Assembly: GCA_048938105.1 (NCBI GenBank)
Contig: JBHLMN010000002.1
Location: 64,001-128,000, forward strand
Source of the DNA: Promethearchaeota archaeon
GTDB taxonomy: Archaea > Asgardarchaeota > Heimdallarchaeia > Hodarchaeales > Hodarchaeaceae
Direction of reading: 5' to 3'
Length of the DNA: 64,000 bases
The notes under the pieces: generated by a model
What the model was told of the DNA's origin: nothing
The model's database searches: none
Seen by the model: only the letters and a program-made list of their open reading frames with translations
Shown here: in pieces, positions 1-9,983 of the stretch
How positions within the stretch are numbered: the first letter of the stretch is position 1
Layout: each line of letters begins with the position of its first letter
Translations under genes and position numbers: made by a program

Positions 1-1
1 G

Positions 2-1081
2 GATATCATTATTCTCTTAGAAAATTCCAATTATTATATGTTGGTAATCTTTTGGATTCGTGATAACAATGTTATAGATTACGAAGTAAAATTTTTGGGA
101 ATCCTTAAAGCTCTACCAAAAACAGAAATCATTAAGTCATTTATTACTCATTATTACTTAGAAACAGATTTCATTCCTGATATTATTGAAGTTTCAAGCA
201 AATTAGATAATGAAATAGAGATTTTAGAAATCTGGTTATCTAAAAAACAGGGAAGCAGTGTTAAAATCAATATCAATCCAGAGATTTTAAATTCTGATAT
301 TCTCAGGAAAAACATTTACAGTTTACAATTGGAACTCAGTGAAAAAGTTCTGTCAATTCAAAAGAAAGAACAACTGAAAAAGGACGCCCTTGTTGAGCTT
401 CAAAGTCATCTCAGCCTCTCGGGCTTACCACGACGTATAGAAACATTTGATATTTCAAATATTCAAGGAGCTTTCCCAGTTGGCGCTATGTCTGTATTTG
501 AAGATGGACTGCCTTTAAAATCGCAATATCGTCGTTTTAAAATAAAATCAATTAAACCTGAACCTAATGATGTTGCTATGTTACAAGAAATGCTAAATCG
601 AAGGCTTATGCATGATGATGATCGTTTTGCTTCCTCTTTACCAGATTTATTGTTGATTGATGGTGGAAAACCTCAGGTTAATGCTGCTTATAATGTATTA
701 CAGAAATATAATCAAAAAATCCAGGAAATTCCTGTCATTGGTTTAGCAAAAAAAGAAGAAAAAGTCTTCTTACCCAAGAAAAAGGATCCTCTTTCTATTC
801 CCCAAGAAAGTGCAGCATTAAGATTACTTAAACAATGTCGGGATGAAGCCCATCGATTTGCGGTCACATATCATAAAAAAAGACGGTTGTTAGAGCCTAA
901 ATCACAATTAGATCAAATTGAAGGTGTTGGTGCTAAGCGTAGAAATTCATTACTTCAATATTTCGGAGATTTAAGCAGAATTCGTGAAGCTCCTGTTGAA
1001 GAATTAGCTCAGGTTGAAGGAATTAGTCGTGTAATAGCAGAAAGAATCTACTTATTTTTTAGAACTAAGAAACAGCAATAA
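2..1081 (+). CDS. uvrC: Excinuclease ABC subunit C, C-terminal part (5' end lies outside the window)
   Basis: RIETFDISN, GAMSVF, YRRFKIK, PDLLLIDGGKPQ, IGLAKKEE and RDEAHRFA motifs, plus a C-terminal HhH pair. The frame is open from position 2. Confidence 0.95.
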   Translation, partial: DIIILLENSNYYMLVIFWIRDNNVIDYEVKFLGILKALPKTEIIKSFITHYYLETDFIPDIIEVSSKLDNEIEILEIWLSKKQGSSVKININPEILNSDILRKNIYSLQLELSEKVLSIQKKEQLKKDALVELQSHLSLSGLPRRIETFDISNIQGAFPVGAMSVFEDGLPLKSQYRRFKIKSIKPEPNDVAMLQEMLNRRLMHDDDRFASSLPDLLLIDGGKPQVNAAYNVLQKYNQKIQEIPVIGLAKKEEKVFLPKKKDPLSIPQESAALRLLKQCRDEAHRFAVTYHKKRRLLEPKSQLDQIEGVGAKRRNSLLQYFGDLSRIREAPVEELAQVEGISRVIAERIYLFFRTKKQQ

Positions 1082-1151
1082 TTTGAGAATTAAATTCAAT
1101 ATACCAAAATTTAGAGAAAATGAATGTTTGACCTTTAAAGGACATATCTAG

Positions 1152-3806
1152 TTAATTGATGTTAGTTATTCGGGCTCCAAGTTGACATATTGTCTCCTTG
1201 ATTGTTGTGTTAATTATAGTTCTTGGGATTTTTTTCTCGCTCTTGACATCTATTTTAATTTCCAAAGAAATCTCAGCTTTTTTTGATTCTAAGGGAACTA
1301 TAACTCCCCGATAAAAAGCAGGGAGATATTTTGATTCAAGATCCTTTACCTCCACAGATAATGAATAGACCTCCTGAGGTTTAATCCAGATTTTAGAAGG
1401 TGTTTTGAATATTAATTCAGAAGGAGTAGTAGTTCCAAGGTCTTTTGGAATAATTACTTCCTGAATTTCAGGATTATTAGCTATTTGACTTGCAATTGTT
1501 TTTGCAATTTCCTTCCCAAGGAGAATTTCATTTGATGCAAATATGATCTGTATTGGGGCAAGCTCAACTGAAAAAAAGAATGTATTCGGTTGGATCTTGT
1601 TACCACTTATTATTGCTCTCCCAAAGGCTCCTTCTTTGACTCCCCAACAAATAGCTTGTTGAATTACCTCTGATGATGTAATTTTAGGTAAATTAGGATT
1701 AATTAAGAATTGTTCAAGAAGTAATTGCGTCGAAATACGTTGGCCAGAGGTAAAAAATTCTTCTAATAGCTTTCGATAGTGGAGAGTAGAAACAATGAAT
1801 TCACGTGTAACCAATTCACGATGATACCATTTTGTAAGAGGTTCATAATTGAGCGTAGGAAGTCCTAGCGAAATCGTTCTTCTTCCATCGTTAAGAATCG
1901 AATAAGTTTTTCTAACGCTATAAGATATTGAATCCATAATTCTAACTTGTCGCTGTCTAATCTCTGAACTGAAATCATGTGTTTTTGAGTAAAATTTTTT
2001 TTCTAATTCATTTAAAGCAAGTTTTGTTTGCACAAGATTTTGTAAGTCCGTGAGATGAGAGTCATTTGGTATAGCATAAACGATTGTGTTTTTATATCGA
2101 CGGAAAGTCCTCCCTTTATTTTCTAGCCAGTCTTCCAATGATTTTTTAGGAGTTGCTGGATGTATTAATACGATCTTTAGCTTTTGATTGTCAGGAATTT
2201 CATTTGAAGAATTTGGCCATATAATTGTTTTAAATTCTTTACCAACGTGCTTTATAATTTCCTTTTTCATTTCTTCTTCGAAACCCTCTTGAAATAAGTC
2301 TTTAATATCTTGAATTTTGCGATTTAGATTTGGTTCATGGCTGAAATAATAACGTCCATCTTCAAAATGCAAGTGATTGAGATTTCTAAGGAGATGATGA
2401 AGAATCTCAGAGATCAACGAGATATGAATGTGTGGATTCAAGACATTCAATTTAAGTTCAGAAAGAGCTAATCCTACTGGTTTTTCTTCAAGTGTGAATG
2501 AATTTAAAAAAATGGTTTGAGAAATCCCCAAGGCTAGATTATGCCATTCTGGGTACTTTTTATCTAGAAAATTAGCTTTAGAACCTGACCCAACTATATC
2601 TGAATAAATAATTGATTCAAATTGACCATTAATATGCTGTAAAAAATCATTTCTTAGAAAAGGCTCTTGAAGATTCACATTCATTGGGAGAATGAGGTCC
2701 AATTTCTCTTTGGAAGACCATAAGCTAGAAAGTGTGCGTGATAATATTCGTAGAATAGCTCTTGTACCCTGAAATGATGGAAAACTTCCCCACTTATCGT
2801 AAAGTACATCAATGAGTTCCGGATGGAAGGGGTATGAGTCTTTCATTCGTATAATAAAATTGGGCTCTAGGATCTTTTCAGGAAGGTTTTTTCGTTGTTT
2901 CTGATACATTTGCAAATATTTTAAGACAACTTCCTCAAGATTTTTATCTAGAAGCACTTTTTCAATTAACCTTTTTGTTACTAAAGGGTATATTTCTTCC
3001 TGCTCAATTGGTGTCTCAATTGTTTCCACACGTCCTAGGATATGGTTCAAACGATTTAATGTATCTAAAGATGTCTCTGAATGGTCCTCATATTTGTGAG
3101 ATGGAAGTGTTATTATTAATAAACCTCGCGATAACGAATTTATTGCTTCAGTTAATTCTTGAAAGAACAACAAGGATTGAATTCCTAAATTAGATTCGTT
3201 TACTGATATTCCTTGAGCTTTAACAATATATTCTGCAATTTCATCAATGAGAAGTAGAAAAGGTTCATGTTTTGAAAGAAAATTTCTTAGTTTGTCCTTT
3301 CCAGGACTTATACAGTTGATATCATTGTCTGAGAATTCTTTATACCCTTCAATTCCTGCTATCTGGTACGCAATGTCACCCCAAAGTGTGTGGATACATA
3401 TATCATGTTCTTTTCGCCCCTCTAAAGGATTTAAATTCGTTCCTATAAGTGTAACGACTTTAGTTTTTAAAGGCGGGAGATTTTTTGGCAGATACTCTTG
3501 AATTACAGTTCCATTTGTGGCATAATGATAAATAGCGATCAATGCATGAGTTTTCCCCCCTCCAAATGGCGTTTGTAGTTTAATTACTCCAGTGCCTTCT
3601 TCATTACAGAGTTTCATCTGAACAGATTGAAGAAGGTTAAGTAATCCTCTAGTTAGAAAGGTTTTTTGAAAGAATTTTAGAGGATTAGAGTAATCTATAG
3701 ATGCTGATCCTAGTATAATGTTACTAAGATCAGCAACAAAAAAATCTTTTATTTGACCAGATTGAATCATTTTATGAGGAACAACAATATCATACCATGG
3801 TTTCAT
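1152..3806 (-). CDS. DUF499-family AAA+/P-loop ATPase
   Basis: Starts MKPWY..VVPH; Walker A LQTPFGGGKTH; TLWGDIAYQ; Walker B LLIDE; SYPFHPEL; FQGTRAILR. Confidence 0.88.
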   Translation of the reverse strand: MKPWYDIVVPHKMIQSGQIKDFFVADLSNIILGSASIDYSNPLKFFQKTFLTRGLLNLLQSVQMKLCNEEGTGVIKLQTPFGGGKTHALIAIYHYATNGTVIQEYLPKNLPPLKTKVVTLIGTNLNPLEGRKEHDICIHTLWGDIAYQIAGIEGYKEFSDNDINCISPGKDKLRNFLSKHEPFLLLIDEIAEYIVKAQGISVNESNLGIQSLLFFQELTEAINSLSRGLLIITLPSHKYEDHSETSLDTLNRLNHILGRVETIETPIEQEEIYPLVTKRLIEKVLLDKNLEEVVLKYLQMYQKQRKNLPEKILEPNFIIRMKDSYPFHPELIDVLYDKWGSFPSFQGTRAILRILSRTLSSLWSSKEKLDLILPMNVNLQEPFLRNDFLQHINGQFESIIYSDIVGSGSKANFLDKKYPEWHNLALGISQTIFLNSFTLEEKPVGLALSELKLNVLNPHIHISLISEILHHLLRNLNHLHFEDGRYYFSHEPNLNRKIQDIKDLFQEGFEEEMKKEIIKHVGKEFKTIIWPNSSNEIPDNQKLKIVLIHPATPKKSLEDWLENKGRTFRRYKNTIVYAIPNDSHLTDLQNLVQTKLALNELEKKFYSKTHDFSSEIRQRQVRIMDSISYSVRKTYSILNDGRRTISLGLPTLNYEPLTKWYHRELVTREFIVSTLHYRKLLEEFFTSGQRISTQLLLEQFLINPNLPKITSSEVIQQAICWGVKEGAFGRAIISGNKIQPNTFFFSVELAPIQIIFASNEILLGKEIAKTIASQIANNPEIQEVIIPKDLGTTTPSELIFKTPSKIWIKPQEVYSLSVEVKDLESKYLPAFYRGVIVPLESKKAEISLEIKIDVKSEKKIPRTIINTTIKETICQLGARITNIN

Positions 3807-3939
3807 GACCTTTCATCTCTAACAAGATACATCGATTTATTATTTAGATTTGTTCACTCTTTGTTTTAGTCATCTTGTTTAGGAACAACTATGCAATGAT
3901 TTTTGAAGAGTACCGATAATTATCTTTTAGGTATGGACT

Positions 3940-4131
3940 TTGAAGAAAATTACTAAGAAAATAGTGAAAGGTGCTACCAAAGAAGCATTGAACGTAACAA
4001 CACGAGCAGTTAGTGGGGCTGCGGCTGATATTGCTAAAGAATCTATTAAAGAAGAACTGGAGAAGAGTGGAGTTACTGATATAGTTAAGGATAAGATTCA
4101 CAAAACTACCAAGAAATTAACTGAAAAATAA
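3940..4131 (+). CDS. Small basic hypothetical protein
   Basis: 63-codon ORF with a TTG start, predicted helical composition, co-oriented with the downstream cupin gene. Confidence 0.5.
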   Translation: MKKITKKIVKGATKEALNVTTRAVSGAAADIAKESIKEELEKSGVTDIVKDKIHKTTKKLTEK

Positions 4132-4179
4132 GTTTCTTTCTTAAACATAATTCTCAAATAGACAATTGAAGGCAGTAAG

Positions 4180-4524
4180 ATGAATTTAAAGAAAGTTGGT
4201 AATATCTCTTCTGAAAATGTAACCATGTATGGATCCTCGGGTACAACAATTCAATGGTTATGGTCTAAAGAGGAAGCACCTCATTTTGCTCTTAGAAGAT
4301 TTGTAATTAGACCAGGAGGTGAAATTGGGCTACACAGTCATGTAGAAGAGCATGAGATTTTTATTCTCTCAGGAGAAGGGATTGTGTTCAACGATTCTGA
4401 GGAGTTTCATATCCAACCAGAAGATACTCTATTCGTCCCCTCAGATGAACCTCATGGTTATCGGAACATGGGTGAAAGCGATTTAGTTTTCCTGTGTATT
4501 ATTCCAAATTTAAAAACAACTTAG
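4180..4524 (+). CDS. Cupin domain protein
   Basis: HSHVEEHEIFILSGEG and PSDEPHGYRN cupin metal-binding motifs. Confidence 0.9.
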   Translation: MNLKKVGNISSENVTMYGSSGTTIQWLWSKEEAPHFALRRFVIRPGGEIGLHSHVEEHEIFILSGEGIVFNDSEEFHIQPEDTLFVPSDEPHGYRNMGESDLVFLCIIPNLKTT

Positions 4525-4556
4525 ATTAAAAAAATACCATACGGACGTAGGAGACC

Positions 4557-5900
4557 ATGTCGAAAGAGATAAGAAAAGAATGGATGGCTACTTATCACGA
4601 AGGTGATTCACGATTACGAGAGAAACGTCATGGTATTTTACGACTGAATAATACAAAACAACGGATCGAGTTTGCAGTACAAACAGCAGAAAAATCTCCT
4701 TTAATAATTGTCAACTATCCTCTTAAGCATCTTCGAGATGTCATCATCATTGATAAACGTCAGAAAATGAAAAAACAACACTTTCTGAAATTAAAATTAG
4801 GTGAACCACCAAATGAGATGACTCCTCTCTTTTCTTTCAGTTTAGCTGATTTAAAATCTGTGAAGAATGAAATTCTAACATTTCAAGAAGAAATCCGAGC
4901 GTTAGAATCTGAGGATGTTGAACATTCAGAAGTAGATGTCATTCAAATGTTTGCTCAGTTGCTAATGACACCTGTTGAGCAATTTCAACAGTTTATAGGG
5001 GATGTGACTTCTCGATTACGCGCCCTAACTATTAAACCTGCGAAAACCGTAGTTTCAAAATTGGAACCAACATTTCCTTACCAAACCCGCGAGATAGAGC
5101 TTAATGAACGGAAAATTTGTTTTTATAGCACTTCTTATTCCCATAAAACCGTTTTATTATTACTTTCCCCCATTGGCGGGCGAATTGAGGATTACTATCC
5201 ATTAATCTCATCGTTGCTTGGCCAATATCAAATATTTATCTTAGGACTTCGAGGATTTATTGAACCAATTTCCCAGGATATAGATTTTAAGTTAAAAGAT
5301 TATATACAAGATATTAAAGATTTTATAGAATATATCGGCCCTGAAAAAGAAATTGTCCTTGGAGCTCATTCATTATTTTCTGCAATTATTTTAGAGGAGT
5401 TCTTGAACCCAAAGTATTCAAATATCAAAAAATTTGTATTAGTGTCAGGTGCCCATCGTGCTCCAGATAATTTCAGAAAGGGAGTTAAATTTTTACCTCC
5501 AACTCAAGTCTGGGGTTCATTTAGGGGACAAGTTAAGAAGATTGCTCCTAAAATACTTTATTCTAGAAATACCGAAAAGGAGATTATAAATTCATTTATT
5601 CAACACGCATTTAATGTACCAGATATAGTTTATTATGAAATATTTAAGGACTTTATACCAAAAGATTATACTAAAAAGCTCCAATCATTGGAAAAACCCC
5701 TTTTAATAATATGGGGCAAAAGTGATCAGCTTATTCCTGAAGACTTAAGAGAAGAACTGATTGAATGCGTTCCTAGTAACCTATTAACTCTCAAGGAAAT
5801 CCCTGGAAGTCACATGGTAATTTTTGAAGAACCAGAGAAAGTAGCAGATGAAATTAACAGATTTATAACGAAAGAATGGAGTCAAATTAAAATTGAATGA
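4557..5900 (+). CDS. Alpha/beta-hydrolase-fold protein with an N-terminal PH-like domain
   Basis: C-terminal half has GLRGF, LGAHSLF (degenerate GxSxG), PLLIIWGKSDQLIP and GSHMVIFEEPE. The N-terminal ~115 aa show a beta-rich pattern ending in a helix. Confidence 0.75.
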   Translation: MSKEIRKEWMATYHEGDSRLREKRHGILRLNNTKQRIEFAVQTAEKSPLIIVNYPLKHLRDVIIIDKRQKMKKQHFLKLKLGEPPNEMTPLFSFSLADLKSVKNEILTFQEEIRALESEDVEHSEVDVIQMFAQLLMTPVEQFQQFIGDVTSRLRALTIKPAKTVVSKLEPTFPYQTREIELNERKICFYSTSYSHKTVLLLLSPIGGRIEDYYPLISSLLGQYQIFILGLRGFIEPISQDIDFKLKDYIQDIKDFIEYIGPEKEIVLGAHSLFSAIILEEFLNPKYSNIKKFVLVSGAHRAPDNFRKGVKFLPPTQVWGSFRGQVKKIAPKILYSRNTEKEIINSFIQHAFNVPDIVYYEIFKDFIPKDYTKKLQSLEKPLLIIWGKSDQLIPEDLREELIECVPSNLLTLKEIPGSHMVIFEEPEKVADEINRFITKEWSQIKIE

Positions 5901-6219
5901 TAGTCATGTACATAAAGCATTTAAAATCCGGTTTCTTGATAAAACAGTCTGGAATGATATCAAGGTAGATTTGAAAGCAAAACTCCGTGAGAATGATATA
6001 TTGTTTCAATATTCTGAAAAGACTCCAACTTTTCATGTTCTCTATAAAAGTGACATGATTGAAATACGAGTTACTTGGGAGGAGGAGATACTCCTTTTTA
6101 ACTTATTAACGAAAAAGAGTATAAGCTCTGAGCAAATAAAAGCATGTCGAGAAATTTATGACTTACTCATTCTCTTCTCTGGCGAATTGGTAAGTGGAAA
6201 TTCTCCATATAACTGGTAG
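5893..6219 (+). CDS. Hypothetical protein
   Basis: 108 aa ORF overlapping the upstream stop codon (translational coupling). Confidence 0.7.
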   Translation: MNDSHVHKAFKIRFLDKTVWNDIKVDLKAKLRENDILFQYSEKTPTFHVLYKSDMIEIRVTWEEEILLFNLLTKKSISSEQIKACREIYDLLILFSGELVSGNSPYNW

Positions 6220-6227
6220 TTTTGAAC

Positions 6228-6398
6228 CTAAGTGCCATAGTCTTCTTCTAAGTGTTTGATGAATTCCTTGAGATGCTTATAAAACGGACGCAGCTTACCT
6301 TGTTCCCATTCTTGAGCAATTTTTCTGTACATTTCTCCATCTAGGTTAAGTTGAAGCCCTTTTCCAGTATCTTTTACAGATATTCCTGCAATTGTCAT
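6228..6398 (-). CDS. Small hypothetical protein (56 aa), absent from the ORF track
   Basis: ATG at 6398 preceded by GGAGAG. Translates to MTIAGISVKDTGKGLQLNLDGEMYRKIAQEWEQGKLRPFYKHLKEFIKHLEEDYGT*. Confidence 0.65.
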   Translation of the reverse strand: MTIAGISVKDTGKGLQLNLDGEMYRKIAQEWEQGKLRPFYKHLKEFIKHLEEDYGT

Positions 6399-6608
6399 TA
6401 TTTTCTCTCCAAAATAATCTCAGATAATAGAAAATATAATATAAAATTAAAAGATTTTTCAATCTTCTTTAATTCTATAGATTAATCATGATTGTGATTA
6501 ATAAAACTGGGCTCTTGACAAGAAAGAGGTACTTCTCACTAAGTTCAATTTTTCTTCGGAAAAATCTAGCGGATTATCTGAAGTTGGATTTGAAATTAAA
6601 GACGATTG

Positions 6609-6640
6609 AAAAGGAAAAAAGAAAAGAGGTTATGAAAAAA
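6609..6640 (-). terminator. Archaeal oligo-T terminator after porB
   Basis: Several T-runs on the minus strand immediately after the porB stop codon. Confidence 0.5.
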
Positions 6641-7606
6641 CTAGAATCCTGCTTTTTTAAGTAATTCTTCCCAGCGTTTATCCACTTCCGCTTGAAACTT
6701 TTCAATAAGGTCTGTTTTTTCAGTAGGTCTAAATAGGTGCCGCCATCGCCCTTCCTTCTTGAGAAATTCTACTAAAGGCACTTTCCTGGAGGGATCTTTA
6801 GCAATTCTTTCACTAGGGCGGCTGAGTGTGTATTCGCCCTCAATTACGGTGTATAAGGGGTGTAAACAAGTTTCCACAGCCATTTTAACATATTCAATTG
6901 ATTTCGCTGGATCAAATCGCTGGCCTCGGTTGCAAGAAGCTTCAATGTGCATAAATGCAGGACCATCTACATCAAGTCCAGCTCGAACTTTTGCAATTAG
7001 GTCTGCTGGGTAGCCTGGGGCTGCTGTCGCTACAAAAGGAATTCGATGAGCTACCATGATATCAGTTATAGGTTTTCGAAATTGAGTTTTTCCTGGAATT
7101 ACAGAGCCAGCAGGAGAAGTGGTTGTGGAAGCACTGAATGGAGTACCTCCAGATCGTTGGATTCCTGTGTTCATGTATGCTCCATTATCATACAATATGT
7201 AAAGAAGGTCATGACCTCTTTCAAAGGCTCCAGATATGGCTTGAATACCAATATCATAGGTGCCACCATCCCCACCAAAAACTACAATGTCAGTTTTTCC
7301 TGCAGTATAGGTACCTTTTCTTGTCATTGCTTTGATTGCTGCTTCAACACCACTAGCTACTGCTGCTGAGTTTTCAAATGCCACATGGAGCCATGGTACT
7401 TCCCAAGCGGAGAATGGGTATATAGTACTCGCCACTTCGAGGCATCCAGTCGAATTAAAAATCATAGTCGGCTTATTAAAGGCCATAGTTACTTGACGTG
7501 CCATTGATCCAGCAGCACAACCAGCACAGAGGCGATGGCCACCAGTGAAGTATGTAGGCTTATCTACTAGATCTTTTAATTTATATTTAGGAACATTGAT
7601 TGTCAT
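6641..7606 (-). CDS. porB: Pyruvate/2-oxoacid:ferredoxin oxidoreductase beta subunit
   Basis: GHRLCAGC, TGCLEV, TPP motif GGDGG..DIG, YDNGAYMNTGIQRS. Start moved to ATG 7606, which follows an AAGGAGG RBS. Confidence 0.95.
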   Translation of the reverse strand: MTINVPKYKLKDLVDKPTYFTGGHRLCAGCAAGSMARQVTMAFNKPTMIFNSTGCLEVASTIYPFSAWEVPWLHVAFENSAAVASGVEAAIKAMTRKGTYTAGKTDIVVFGGDGGTYDIGIQAISGAFERGHDLLYILYDNGAYMNTGIQRSGGTPFSASTTTSPAGSVIPGKTQFRKPITDIMVAHRIPFVATAAPGYPADLIAKVRAGLDVDGPAFMHIEASCNRGQRFDPAKSIEYVKMAVETCLHPLYTVIEGEYTLSRPSERIAKDPSRKVPLVEFLKKEGRWRHLFRPTEKTDLIEKFQAEVDKRWEELLKKAGF

Positions 7607-7619
7607 AATAGTGCCTCCT

Positions 7620-8795
7620 TTATTCACGTACCCCCCACCAGGAAATAGGTAAATTTTTACCTTCTTCAAAAGCTTTCTTAGCTCTATTATACATTCCGTG
7701 ATAGCCACTAATGAGAGTGTCTCGGCCACCTAGTCCAATAGTGTATTCAGCTAGTAAAGGAGAAATCCCACTACCAAATAGGGCTGATTTAATGTCCTGA
7801 CTAAGAATGGCACCAGGACCACCAAATGAGTGGGCTCGTTCAACTGAGATTAATCCTTTTAGGTCTCTGCAAAGGTCTACAATACGATCACCCCAAAAAG
7901 GGCGGTAAACTCGGATCTTGATTAGACCTACTTTTTCTCCTTTCGCTCGAAGCTCATCGATCGTTGTTCGAGCATTACCAGCTGAAGATCCCATAGTAAT
8001 AAATGCATATTCCGCATCATCCATCAAATAGGATTCAATAGGCTCATATTTGCGTCCAGTTTGTTTTTCCCACTCGCTAAAAACCTCAAGGATGACTTTT
8101 CTCGCTTTTTCTTGAGCATCTTTGATTTGGGCGCGAGCTTCCATGTAATAGTCCTGTAAATGGAGAAGACCAATACTGAATGGATTTTCTGTGTCTAGTT
8201 TTAGATCTGCTTTTCTTTCACCCCCAATGAACCTCATTGCTTCTTCACGAGAGACCGCTTCAATTCCCTCAATGGCGTGAGATAGAATAAATCCATCAAG
8301 ACCCACTGCTACTGGTAATAAGACCTCAGGATTTTCGCCAATCTTGAAAGCCATAATGGTTTGGTCATGAGCTTCTTGATTATCCTCACAGAAAAGACTA
8401 ATCCAACCAGAGTCTCTTAAAAGCATTTGATCAGTCATTTCACCATGGATGTTTATGGGACCACTTAACGCTCGGTTGGCAAGTGCCATGACAATGGGTG
8501 TGCGAGAAGAAGCTGCGATAAAAACTATTTCGTACATAAGCATGAGTCCAGCGCTAGCAGTGCTAGTAAAAACACGGGCGCCAGCAGAACTAGCTCCCAC
8601 GCACGCAGACATCGCACTGTGTTCTGATTCAACTGTGACAAATTCAGTGTCGACTTCACCATCAGCAACAAAATCAGCGAATCTTTCTACTATAATCGTT
8701 TGAGGTGTGATAGGATAAGCAGCAACCACATCAGGATTAACAGCTTTTGCCGCGAGTGCTACTGCATCATCACCAGTGACTGCGATTCTTGCCAT
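7620..8795 (-). CDS. porA: Pyruvate/2-oxoacid:ferredoxin oxidoreductase alpha subunit
   Basis: AAYPITPQT, VESEHSAMS, NRALSGPINIH and GLGGRD motifs. Confidence 0.95.
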   Translation of the reverse strand: MARIAVTGDDAVALAAKAVNPDVVAAYPITPQTIIVERFADFVADGEVDTEFVTVESEHSAMSACVGASSAGARVFTSTASAGLMLMYEIVFIAASSRTPIVMALANRALSGPINIHGEMTDQMLLRDSGWISLFCEDNQEAHDQTIMAFKIGENPEVLLPVAVGLDGFILSHAIEGIEAVSREEAMRFIGGERKADLKLDTENPFSIGLLHLQDYYMEARAQIKDAQEKARKVILEVFSEWEKQTGRKYEPIESYLMDDAEYAFITMGSSAGNARTTIDELRAKGEKVGLIKIRVYRPFWGDRIVDLCRDLKGLISVERAHSFGGPGAILSQDIKSALFGSGISPLLAEYTIGLGGRDTLISGYHGMYNRAKKAFEEGKNLPISWWGVRE

Positions 8796-9143
8796 TTAAA
8801 TTTCCTCCATAACTATTGCTTTCTTTCCTTTTCTACCAGGACATTCATTCGCACAGACACCACACCCCTTACAATAGAAATAATCAAACTTTGGACGTTT
8901 TTTGCCGTCATCATCGGTTTCCATTTTGATTGCATTATCTGGACAATAAAAATAACATTCCAAACATGAAATGCAATTTTCGGCAATTAAGACTGGTCGC
9001 ATTGAAGCCCAATCACCAGTACGGAAAAATTTTGCGCTCCCTGCTGGTGCGCTGCCAGCCATTGGAAGTTTTTTATACCCCCATTTTTCTTTTACCCATT
9101 GTTTGAATTCTTCATCTGACACATCTGTTGGAAGAGTAGGCAT
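8796..9143 (-). CDS. porD: 2-oxoacid:ferredoxin oxidoreductase delta subunit (2x[4Fe-4S])
   Basis: TGDW..MRP, CISCLECYFYCP and YCKGCGVCANECP. Confidence 0.93.
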   Translation of the reverse strand: MPTLPTDVSDEEFKQWVKEKWGYKKLPMAGSAPAGSAKFFRTGDWASMRPVLIAENCISCLECYFYCPDNAIKMETDDDGKKRPKFDYFYCKGCGVCANECPGRKGKKAIVMEEI

Positions 9144-9715
9144 TAGATTTTAACCTCCGCAAAAGAACGGTTTACAGCATTAATGTTCTTCTTAGCTGGT
9201 TCTTCTCTGAATCTAGCCATAATAGCTTTCTTAATTGAGTCAAGTTTTATCACTCCTTCACTAGTAAGTTTAATCAAGGCTCCTAAAATGGCCGTATTGG
9301 TCTGCTTAATTCCAATCTCATCTGCTGCAATTTTAGTAGCATTTACTGTAGCATATTTCGCATCAGGGCGAGATTTCCTCAGGTTATTAACTCCTTCGGA
9401 ATTAGGGTCATCTGTATTAATAATTACAAGCCCTCCTTCTTTTAGGCCTGCAGCCACATCCACTTGCCCTAATAGCGTGGGATCCTGTACAATAACGATG
9501 TCTGGTTCGTAGATCTCCGTCTTAACATAAAAACGTTCATTAGAGATACGTGCAAATGCTGCAATAGGTGCTCCTGAGCGTTCAGGTCCAAATGAAGGAA
9601 AGGCATGCACATATTTATCTTCAAGAAGGGCAGCTTCAGCAATCAGATAACTACTGGTCATAACTCCTTGACCCCCGCGTCCGTGGAGACGTATATCAAT
9701 AATATCCGCTGTCAA
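9143..9715 (-). CDS. porG: 2-oxoacid:ferredoxin oxidoreductase gamma subunit
   Basis: IRLHGRGGQG and FGPERSGAP. Likely TTG start at 9715, after GGAG. Confidence 0.93.
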   Translation of the reverse strand: MTADIIDIRLHGRGGQGVMTSSYLIAEAALLEDKYVHAFPSFGPERSGAPIAAFARISNERFYVKTEIYEPDIVIVQDPTLLGQVDVAAGLKEGGLVIINTDDPNSEGVNNLRKSRPDAKYATVNATKIAADEIGIKQTNTAILGALIKLTSEGVIKLDSIKKAIMARFREEPAKKNINAVNRSFAEVKI

Positions 9716-9983
9716 AGAAATTACAACTCCTAGTTTTTTGTTCAATAATGTTAAAAATATATGCTAGGCTAATCCTCCTATTTTATGATTGTTTTTTAGT
9801 GGTGTTGCTTAACAATGGTAAAGATATTTACTCTCAAATAAAAGGTCATTTAGAAAGAAAAAAAAACATAAGCAAAAAATAAATTATAATGTATCAATAT
9901 AGTCAATGATGCAAAAAAAATCAATTAATGTTGTATTAAGCTATTTCGTGCGAAATTGTCTCTGAGAGTGAGGTTATTCTCTC

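Noticed and set aside
7607-7729. N-terminal extension of PorB in the ORF track
   Set aside because: It overlaps porA, and a strong RBS precedes ATG 7606.
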